Assembly: GCA_012511425.1 (NCBI GenBank)
Contig: JAAZGC010000188.1
Coordinates: 1 to 37,680 of the forward strand
From: Clostridiales bacterium
GTDB taxonomy: Bacteria; Bacillota; Clostridia; Oscillospirales; CAG-272
DNA: 37,680 nucleotides
Reading direction: 5' to 3'
Shown: in pieces, positions 19,642-26,901 of the stretch
Numbering within the stretch: position 1 is the stretch's first letter
How the letters are laid out: every line of letters begins with the position of its first letter
Notes under the pieces: model-generated
Database searches by the model: none
Told to the model about the DNA's origin: nothing
The model's input: the letters and a program-made list of their open reading frames with translations, nothing else
Position numbers and translations under genes: made by a program

Positions 19642-20427
19642 TTATATCCCAAAAAGTTTTTTGGCGTTGCGGGCGGTGATCTCAGCTATATGCTCCGGAG
19701 TCTGCCCTCGGATTTCGGCAAGCCGCTCAACCGTATATTTCATCCAGTCGGAGCGGTTGGTTTTGCCTCTGTGCGGCATCGGCGCCATATACGGGCAGTC
19801 GGTTTCGATGAGCAGAAGCTCGTCCGGAACTGCTGCTGCGGCAGCTGCCGTTTTCTTTGCGTTTTTAAAGGTAACGCTGCCGCCGAAGCTGATATACATC
19901 CCCATTGATACAAGCTCTCGTGCGGTCTCTGCGCTGCCGGAAAAGCAGTGCATCAGTCCGCGCAGATTCTTCCTTTTGCCGAGTATTCCGACCATATCGC
20001 CGTGGGACTCGCGGTTGTGTATCTCGACGGGAAGATCGTGTTTTTCGGCGAGGTCCAGCATCAGTCCGAACCAATGCTTCTGTATTTCGCGGTCAGGTTC
20101 GTCCCAATAGTAATCAAGTCCTATCTCGCCAACGGCGACGACTTTCGGGGAGAGCAGCTGTTTTTCGAGCCGCTCAATTACCGAGTCTTCGTCTTCGGGC
20201 GGGATATCGCTCTCCCCGGGGTAGATGCCGACTGCGGCGTACATATTGTCATGCCGGGCGGCGAGATTCAGTGCTTCTTCGTTTGTCTTTAAGTTGGTGC
20301 CGTTTTCAATTAGGATAATCCCGGATTTTGCGAGGCGCCGGATCAGCGAATCCCGCGAATCGGCGCCTTCTTCGTCGGAATATCTGTCGAAGCGGCTGTC
20401 GTGGTAGTGGCAGTGGACGTCGATCAT
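19642..20427 (-). CDS. tatD: TatD-family metal-dependent hydrolase/DNase (YabD-like)
   Basis: MIDVHCHY start with the HxH motif, plus EIGLDYYW, HNRESHGD and ETDCPYMAP motifs. It follows metG, as in B. subtilis metS-yabD. Confidence 0.9.
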   Translation of the reverse strand: MIDVHCHYHDSRFDRYSDEEGADSRDSLIRRLAKSGIILIENGTNLKTNEEALNLAARHDNMYAAVGIYPGESDIPPEDEDSVIERLEKQLLSPKVVAVGEIGLDYYWDEPDREIQKHWFGLMLDLAEKHDLPVEIHNRESHGDMVGILGKRKNLRGLMHCFSGSAETARELVSMGMYISFGGSVTFKNAKKTAAAAAAVPDELLLIETDCPYMAPMPHRGKTNRSDWMKYTVERLAEIRGQTPEHIAEITARNAKKLFGI

Positions 20428-20431
20428 CTAA

Positions 20432-22390
20432 TTATCTGACGCGCTGTCCGAGCGGGGTTTCCGGGTCAAGGAAGACGACTTTTACTTCGTCCTCGCCGGA
20501 CGCAAGTATCATCCCGTTGCTTTCGACGCCGCAGATAACCGCGGGTTCAAGGTTCGCGACCATGACGATTTTTTTGCCTTTAAGGTCTTCCGGCTTATAC
20601 CACGGGGCTATTCCGGAAACGACAGTGCGCTGCTCATAGCCCAGATCAAGGGTCAGTTTCAGCAATTTTTTCGCTTTTTTAACCGGTTCGCAGGCAATTA
20701 TCTGCGCCGTGCGCAGTTCGGTTTTCATAAAATCGTCGTAACCGATTTTTGCAAGACCCTCCTGCGCTTTTTTCTCAGCTTCGGCGGATTCCTTTGCAGC
20801 CAGTTCCTCCTGCCGCTTCGCTTCAAGCTCGGCCAGCAGCTTCTCGCCGTCGATGCGCATGAACAACGTTTCCGATTCGCCGTTGACGATTCCGGGGGTA
20901 AGGCCGCCGAATGTTTCGATGGCGGTGAAATCCTGATTCTCCGAAGAAATACCGAGCTGAGCGAAGATCTTCTCCGCTGTCTGCGGCATCGCGGGGGTGA
21001 TGAGAACCGCTCCGAATCGGATCACTTCAAGCAGGTTATACATTACCGTACCGAGGCGGGCGCTGTTTGCCGGGTCTTTTGAGAGCACCCACGGGGTGTT
21101 GAGGTCGATGTATTTATTCGCAGCCGAGAGCATATCCATAACGGCGTCGCAGGCGTCGGCAATCCTGTAATCATCCATCAGCGTGCGATATCTGACGGCA
21201 GTGCCGAGCGCTGCCTGCTTAAGGTCATCGTCGGTCGGGTCGGATATGTCTTCCGGCTTTTGAACTACGGCGTCAAAGTATTTTTTATTCATCGCTATGG
21301 TGCGGGAAACGAGATTGCCGAGGACATTCGCAAGGTCGGTATTGTATCTTAAAATGACGTTTTCGTATGTAATCGAACCGTCGGTGCCGTAGGGCATTTC
21401 GGAAAGAGCGTACCACCGAACTCCGTCGACGCCGAAAACATCCGCCAGCTCGTCCGCATAAATGATATTGCCGCGGGATTTGGACATCTTATCCTGACCG
21501 AAGAGGAACCAGGGATGGCCGAAGATCTTTTTCGGCAGCGGAATGCCGAGCGCCATCAGGATTATCGGCCAGTAAATCGTGTGGAATCTGACTATATCCT
21601 TGCCGATGACATGGCAGTCGCAGGGCCAGTATTTTTTAAACAGCTCCGGCTGCTCCTCGTTATACGGATCATAGCCGAGACCGGTTATATAGTTGGAAAG
21701 CGCGTCTATCCAGACATAGATGACATGCTTTGTATCAAACGGTACCGGAACGCCCCAAGCGAAGGTAGAACGGGTCACGCACAGATCGTGAAGACCGGGG
21801 AGCAGGAAGTTATTCAGCATCTCCTTCTCGCGGCTTTCCGGCTGAATGAAGCCGGGGTTATCTTTAATATGCTGTATAAGGCGCGGCGCGTATTTGCTCA
21901 TCTTGAAGAAATAAGCTTCTTCGTTTGCACGGGTGACTTCGCGGCCGCAGTCGGGGCATTTGCCGTCGACTAATTGAGAGTCGGTGTAGAAAGATTCGTC
22001 GGGGGTGCAGTACCAGCCCTCATAAACGCTTTTATAGATATCGCCCTGTTCGTACAGCTTTTTGAAGATAGACTTAACCGATTTTATGTGATAATCATCG
22101 GTGGTGCGTATGAAGCGGTCGTAGCTTGTGTTCATCTTATCCCAGACTTCACGGAGCTGTCCCGTGATTTTGTCGGCATAAGCCTGTGGTGTTACGCCGG
22201 CTTTGGCGGCGGTGTCTTCAATTTTCTTTCCGTGCTCGTCGGTGCCGGTCATGAAGAACACATCATAGCCGCAGAGCCGCTTATAACGGGCGACTGCATC
22301 GGCCATGATGACCTCGTATGTGTTGCCGAAATGCGGTTTAGACGATGCGTAGGGAATCGCCGTTGTTATATAAAATTTAGGTTTGTCCAT
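20432..22390 (-). CDS. metG: Methionine--tRNA ligase with C-terminal tRNA-binding (Trbp111/EMAP-like) domain
   Basis: YASSKPHFGNTYE (HIGH-like) and KMSKSRGN (KMSKS) motifs, CPDCG zinc knuckle, and C-terminal LKLTLDLGYEQRTVVSGIA...ANLEP motif. RBS AGGAG. Confidence 0.97.
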   Translation of the reverse strand: MDKPKFYITTAIPYASSKPHFGNTYEVIMADAVARYKRLCGYDVFFMTGTDEHGKKIEDTAAKAGVTPQAYADKITGQLREVWDKMNTSYDRFIRTTDDYHIKSVKSIFKKLYEQGDIYKSVYEGWYCTPDESFYTDSQLVDGKCPDCGREVTRANEEAYFFKMSKYAPRLIQHIKDNPGFIQPESREKEMLNNFLLPGLHDLCVTRSTFAWGVPVPFDTKHVIYVWIDALSNYITGLGYDPYNEEQPELFKKYWPCDCHVIGKDIVRFHTIYWPIILMALGIPLPKKIFGHPWFLFGQDKMSKSRGNIIYADELADVFGVDGVRWYALSEMPYGTDGSITYENVILRYNTDLANVLGNLVSRTIAMNKKYFDAVVQKPEDISDPTDDDLKQAALGTAVRYRTLMDDYRIADACDAVMDMLSAANKYIDLNTPWVLSKDPANSARLGTVMYNLLEVIRFGAVLITPAMPQTAEKIFAQLGISSENQDFTAIETFGGLTPGIVNGESETLFMRIDGEKLLAELEAKRQEELAAKESAEAEKKAQEGLAKIGYDDFMKTELRTAQIIACEPVKKAKKLLKLTLDLGYEQRTVVSGIAPWYKPEDLKGKKIVMVANLEPAVICGVESNGMILASGEDEVKVVFLDPETPLGQRVR

Positions 22391-22410
22391 AACAGTCTCC
22401 TGTTTTTAAA

Positions 22411-23286
22411 TTAAAGCCCGAGGTCAATAAGTATATCCCTGCCGGTAATATTATATTCATATCCGGCTCTCGCCGTTATAAACAACGGCAGAGACCACGC
22501 CGCGGAGATGCCGCAGCTGACAAGCGTAAGCAGCGCCCAGCCGATAAAGCTCATGGTAAGCCGGAAGGATGCGCGGGATTTGCCTTGCATCAGCTTATAA
22601 GACAAGCGTATTGCGGCAAAAGGATCGAGATTTCTTTCGAGAAGCAGACGCGGGACGAGGGATAACCTTGACAGCAACCGGCAGAGCATAACGGCGCAGC
22701 AGATTCCGCCGATGTTGATCATAAAAACAAAAATCGCGTCAAACGGGCGAGGGCTTGCCCATCCGACATGTCTGCCGATATAATATGCGGTCGGGATAAG
22801 CGCCGGCGGCAGACCGTATATAACCGCGCCGGAAAGCGCCGAAACCAGCGCCCGCAGATATCTTTTTCTTTTATAAACGCCGAATGCAAGAAGCGGCGAG
22901 GGGTTCTCCATCGATTCGATATTGTATGACCGGCGGTAGTCGTGCCTCATCCGCAGTCTGTCGGCTAAAAGATAAGCTCCCGCCCATCCCGGCAAGGCAA
23001 TCAGGGTAAACGAAAGCGCGCAGACCGCGGTCTCGGCGGCTATAAACGGCAGTCCCGGCTGATTCGGATCAGCGCCGGAAAGCGACGCCGCAGCTTCAAA
23101 GGCAAGGGCCGGCAGCTTTACTGCCGCAACCGACAAAGCCGTGACCAAAATAACCGCTGTCAGCAGCGAGAACCAGGCGGAGCCGGAAACGCTGCCGGAA
23201 TTCAGCACCGACGCGGCATAAATCCGGCTGCGTTTTGTTTCCGGGATCGCTTTATAGGTATAGCTGTTTTGATTTGTCTGAGTCAT
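22411..23286 (-). CDS. Integral membrane protein, DUF975-like
   Basis: Multiple hydrophobic helices. The C-terminal segment YKLMQGKSRASFRLTMSFIGWALLTLVSCGI resembles the DUF975 signature. Its ATG overlaps the nagA stop (ATGA). Confidence 0.5.
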   Translation of the reverse strand: MTQTNQNSYTYKAIPETKRSRIYAASVLNSGSVSGSAWFSLLTAVILVTALSVAAVKLPALAFEAAASLSGADPNQPGLPFIAAETAVCALSFTLIALPGWAGAYLLADRLRMRHDYRRSYNIESMENPSPLLAFGVYKRKRYLRALVSALSGAVIYGLPPALIPTAYYIGRHVGWASPRPFDAIFVFMINIGGICCAVMLCRLLSRLSLVPRLLLERNLDPFAAIRLSYKLMQGKSRASFRLTMSFIGWALLTLVSCGISAAWSLPLFITARAGYEYNITGRDILIDLGL

Positions 23287-24443
23287 TTAATTTTGCAGCC
23301 GGCGGCATAAACTCCCTCGAGAGTCCGCCGGTCTTCGCCCAAAATAAGGATATCGGCGCGTTTTCCTGCGGCGATGGAACCGGTATGTCCGTATATTCCA
23401 GTCATGACGGCGGGGTTCTTCGTCGCATAAGGGATGGCTTCTTCAAGACCGATGCCGCAGAATTTCATGAAGCGGAAGACGCCGTCAAGAAGGTTAAGAG
23501 TTGAGCCGGATATCGTGCCGTCCTCTTCGCGCGCAAGCCCGTCCTTAACATAAACCGGAAGTCCGGCGATCGAGTATACGCCGTCGGAGCAGCCGGTCGC
23601 CATCATCGAGTCGGTAATAAGGCAGAGGTGGTCTTTATCCTTCGCAAGATAAATGAGCCTGACCATTGCGGGATTCAGATGGAATCCGTCCGGAATCACT
23701 TCGCAAAATGCGTTGTCGCAGGTGAGCGCGGCGCCGACGGTGCCGGGTTCGCGGTGATGCAGACCGCGCATGGCGTTAAAGGTGTGCGTGAAGCTGTTGA
23801 CGCCCCAGGAAAGCGCTTCGAGCGCCTGCTCATAGGTGGTGTTTGAGTGACCTATCGAGACGGAGTAGCCGTGTTTAACCGCAAGGCGGACGAATTCTTC
23901 GCCTCCGGGAAGCTCCGGAGCCACGGTGATTCTCTTGGCGATATCCCCGATAGCTTCGGTAAGTCCTTCAAGCTCTTCGTTATTCGGCAGAGCGAGCAGC
24001 TTGGGATCATGTGCTCCGCGTTTTTCAAGGCTGAGGTATCTGCCTTCTATATGAACGCCGTCGATGCTCGCGCCGATGCCGCGGGTCTTCTTGGCTGCCG
24101 CTGCGGCGTTTTTTGTCGATTCGACCATTGTCGGATACGGCGCGGATGCGGGGGTAGCGAAGACGGTTGTCGTTCCGGCTTCGGCATACGACTTTGCCAT
24201 TGCAAGGCACTGTTCAACAGTCGCATCCGTAAAGTCGGCGTTTGCGCGGCCGTGGGTATGGACATCGACCATTCCCGGAATGATGTATTTTCCGGAAGCG
24301 TCGATTACTTCGGCGCCGCAGTCACAGCAGCATATATTGTCGATCGCCTCGATTGCGCCTCCGCTTATCCGGATATTTCCTTTGAAAAACCGGCGGGCGG
24401 GGGTATTGTAAACATAACCGTTTTTAATGATTAGTTCGGACAC
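23283..24443 (-). CDS. nagA: N-acetylglucosamine-6-phosphate deacetylase
   Basis: GMVDVHTHG metal-binding HxH, HIEGRYLSLEKRGAH, TVAPELPG, SIGHSNTTYEQA, THTFNAM and HHREPG blocks, all typical of NagA. GTG start with GGAGGG 7 nt upstream. Confidence 0.85.
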   Translation of the reverse strand: MSELIIKNGYVYNTPARRFFKGNIRISGGAIEAIDNICCCDCGAEVIDASGKYIIPGMVDVHTHGRANADFTDATVEQCLAMAKSYAEAGTTTVFATPASAPYPTMVESTKNAAAAAKKTRGIGASIDGVHIEGRYLSLEKRGAHDPKLLALPNNEELEGLTEAIGDIAKRITVAPELPGGEEFVRLAVKHGYSVSIGHSNTTYEQALEALSWGVNSFTHTFNAMRGLHHREPGTVGAALTCDNAFCEVIPDGFHLNPAMVRLIYLAKDKDHLCLITDSMMATGCSDGVYSIAGLPVYVKDGLAREEDGTISGSTLNLLDGVFRFMKFCGIGLEEAIPYATKNPAVMTGIYGHTGSIAAGKRADILILGEDRRTLEGVYAAGCKIK

Positions 24444-24459
24444 GGTATTTCCCTCCTGA

Positions 24460-25227
24460 TTATTTTTCGCTTAGCAGGCGGCTCACGAGATCGGCTATGC
24501 TGCCGTCCCGACAGTCGCAAAGTTCGATATCGGATATTTTTTTAATGGCTTCTATTGCATTTGAAGGACAGCAGGCGACATCAGCCGCCTCCAGCATTTC
24601 AAGGTCGTTTTCATAGTCTCCGACGCAGTAGGCGATACAGTCGTGGCCTAAGTTTTCTTTGATCCATTCTTTAAGCCTCGGAATCATCGGACCCTTGCCG
24701 GCGAGATTGTCCTGCCATTCAAAGAGTCTTTCGCTCGACTTCATAAACCGGAACATTGAATTATATTCGGTTTCAAGGAAGGCGCGGACTTCTTCAAGAA
24801 TCTCCGGCTCGTCTATGACCACAACTTTATGCCAGGGGCGGTCGGTGTCCAGCTCATCGTCGGGAATTCCGCGCGTCCAGACAAAGCCGTCGTCGTTGGT
24901 AAATCTTATTGCCGCGGTCGGCCAGCGGCTTTCGAGCTGTCTTATGATCTTAAGGTTCAGCTTTCCGTCGAGGTATTGCGGATACAGCTTTTCTTTCCCG
25001 TCGGCCCGCGACAGAAACGCTCCGTTTGAAAATATTCCGGGGACATTCATCAGCTTTTCGTAGCCGGGGACCATTTTGCTCAACGAATCGGTAAAGCGTC
25101 CCGTTGCAAAGGTGAAGTAGTTACCGGATTCGCAGAAGCGTTTCGCCGCTTCGACGTTTGCTTGAATAAGATTTTCGTCGTAATCGATAAAAGTGCCGTC
25201 AACATCCGACACGATAAGTTTCTTCAT
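24460..25227 (-). CDS. HAD-superfamily hydrolase, Cof-type (subfamily IIB) phosphatase
   Basis: The N-terminus LIVSDVDGTF contains the DxDGT nucleophile motif; ATGR and the C-terminal GDYENDLEML motif are also present. Confidence 0.8.
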   Translation of the reverse strand: MKKLIVSDVDGTFIDYDENLIQANVEAAKRFCESGNYFTFATGRFTDSLSKMVPGYEKLMNVPGIFSNGAFLSRADGKEKLYPQYLDGKLNLKIIRQLESRWPTAAIRFTNDDGFVWTRGIPDDELDTDRPWHKVVVIDEPEILEEVRAFLETEYNSMFRFMKSSERLFEWQDNLAGKGPMIPRLKEWIKENLGHDCIAYCVGDYENDLEMLEAADVACCPSNAIEAIKKISDIELCDCRDGSIADLVSRLLSEK

Positions 25228-25237
25228 TTATAAAATC

Positions 25238-26266
25238 TCACTGTTTTCGCAGAATTTCCCGCATCTCTTCGAAATAATCCGGCAGAGGCGCTTTGAATTC
25301 CATATATTCGCCGGTTTCGGGGTGATTAAATCCGAGCACCCGGGCGCAGAGGCATTGCCCCTGACACAGTTCGGAATATCTTTTTTCAAGCTGCGCCGAG
25401 GCGCCCTTCATTCCGTAAAGCGGGTCGCAGAGCAGATGGTGCCCGATATGGTTCATATGAACTCTTATCTGATGCGTGCGGCCGGTTTCAAGGCGGCATT
25501 CGACATGACAATTACCCCGGAAGTGCTCGATCACCTTCCAATGAGTGACGGCGGGGCGGGAAAAATACCTTTTATCGGTTATCACCGCCATTTTTATCCG
25601 GTCGGAGGGATGGCGGCCGATAGGCGCGTCGACAACTCCCTCTTCATTTTTCATATCGCCGGAGATCAGGGCTTCATAAACTCTTTTGGCGGTATGCGCT
25701 TTAATCTGCGCGGCAAGGCTCTGATGCGCCGCATCGGTTTTCGCAGCCACGAGGAGACCCGACGTGTCGGCGTCTATCCTGTGAACGATTCCGGGACGGA
25801 TTACCCCTCCGATGCCGGAGAGACCCGATTCCGCTCCCTTACAATGCCATAGCAGCGCCGACACGAGAGTGCCGGAAAAATGCCCGGGCGCCGGATGAAC
25901 CACCATTCCTTTCGGCTTGTTTGCCACAATCAGACAGTCATCTTCATAAGCTATGTCAAGCGGAATGTCTTCAGGTTCGATATCGGCGGATTCGAGCGGA
26001 GGGAGGGTAAAGGTTATCGTTTCGCCTTCGGAAACCCGGTAATTCTTTTTAAGGGGTTTGTTGTTCTTAACGGCGCCGCCCGCCTCAATAGCTTTCTGAG
26101 CCGCGCTGCGTGTAAGGCACGCGCGCTTTGCGACGGCGGCGTCGAGCCTTGAACCTGCGTCTTCGGCTTCGAAGACGATTTCAAAGCTGCCGCCGGTTCC
26201 GGGGAGGTATCTTTCGCCGTCTGTTATTTCATCGTCATCGATAAGAACGTCCGGTTCTTCATACAT
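25238..26266 (-). CDS. rluD: RluA-family 23S rRNA pseudouridine synthase (RluD-like) with N-terminal S4 domain
   Basis: HRIDADTSGLLVAAK catalytic-Asp motif, KRVYEALI and TGRTHQIRVH motifs. Start set at ATG 26266 (2 nt after the lspA stop) rather than the listed 26383, which would overlap lspA by 125 nt with a basic low-complexity peptide. Confidence 0.85.
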   Translation of the reverse strand: MYEEPDVLIDDDEITDGERYLPGTGGSFEIVFEAEDAGSRLDAAVAKRACLTRSAAQKAIEAGGAVKNNKPLKKNYRVSEGETITFTLPPLESADIEPEDIPLDIAYEDDCLIVANKPKGMVVHPAPGHFSGTLVSALLWHCKGAESGLSGIGGVIRPGIVHRIDADTSGLLVAAKTDAAHQSLAAQIKAHTAKRVYEALISGDMKNEEGVVDAPIGRHPSDRIKMAVITDKRYFSRPAVTHWKVIEHFRGNCHVECRLETGRTHQIRVHMNHIGHHLLCDPLYGMKGASAQLEKRYSELCQGQCLCARVLGFNHPETGEYMEFKAPLPDYFEEMREILRKQ

Positions 26267-26828
26267 GGCTGTTTTCCGGTTCTTCCGGCTTCGCCGCTTT
26301 CCGTTTTTTCTCCTCTCGGATTTCGGCGGAGATGAGACATACGGCGAGTATCGCCGTTCCGACTGTAACGAAGGAATCGGCAATGTTGAATATGGCGAAT
26401 TTCATGAATTTCGTTTCGATGAAATCGACGACATACCCTTGCATATAGCGGTCAATCAGGTTACCGATGCCGCCTCCGATTATCATTCCCGCGGCGGCGT
26501 TTATCCACTTCGAGCGGCGGTCTTTGCGTTTGACTATCAGGTATATGATAATCCCGGATATGGCGACGGTGGAAACCGCCGTGTGTACCCAGCGGTGGTC
26601 GGAGAGTATTCCGAATGCCGCGCCGGTATTCTCAAGATAGCGGAAATCGAACAAGCCGGGGATGACGGTGATCCCGTCGGGAAGAGGTTTAATGTATTTG
26701 ACCACCAGCCATTTTGAAATCTGGTCGGCAATCACGACTGAAACGGAGGTAAGCAGCCATATCAGCAGTCCCGCAACATCGGTGGCGCCGGACTTTACGG
26801 CTTTTACATCCGTGTTTTTTTCTGGCAT
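26259..26828 (-). CDS. lspA: Lipoprotein signal peptidase (signal peptidase II)
   Basis: DQISKWLV, NTGAAFG, GGGIGNLIDR and FNIADS motifs. Four TM segments. Located between ileS and rluD, as in Bacillus. Confidence 0.9.
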   Translation of the reverse strand: MPEKNTDVKAVKSGATDVAGLLIWLLTSVSVVIADQISKWLVVKYIKPLPDGITVIPGLFDFRYLENTGAAFGILSDHRWVHTAVSTVAISGIIIYLIVKRKDRRSKWINAAAGMIIGGGIGNLIDRYMQGYVVDFIETKFMKFAIFNIADSFVTVGTAILAVCLISAEIREEKKRKAAKPEEPENSHV

Positions 26829-26901
26829 AGTTAATAATATAATATATGGTTCGGGCCGAACCGAATTATTCAGTCCGGCCGTAAATCATCGGGCGTATGA
26901 A

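Noticed and set aside
26267-26383. 39-codon N-terminal extension of rluD overlapping lspA
   Set aside because: The extension is a basic low-complexity peptide read from the lspA 3' end in another frame. ATG 26266 sits 2 nt after the lspA stop.
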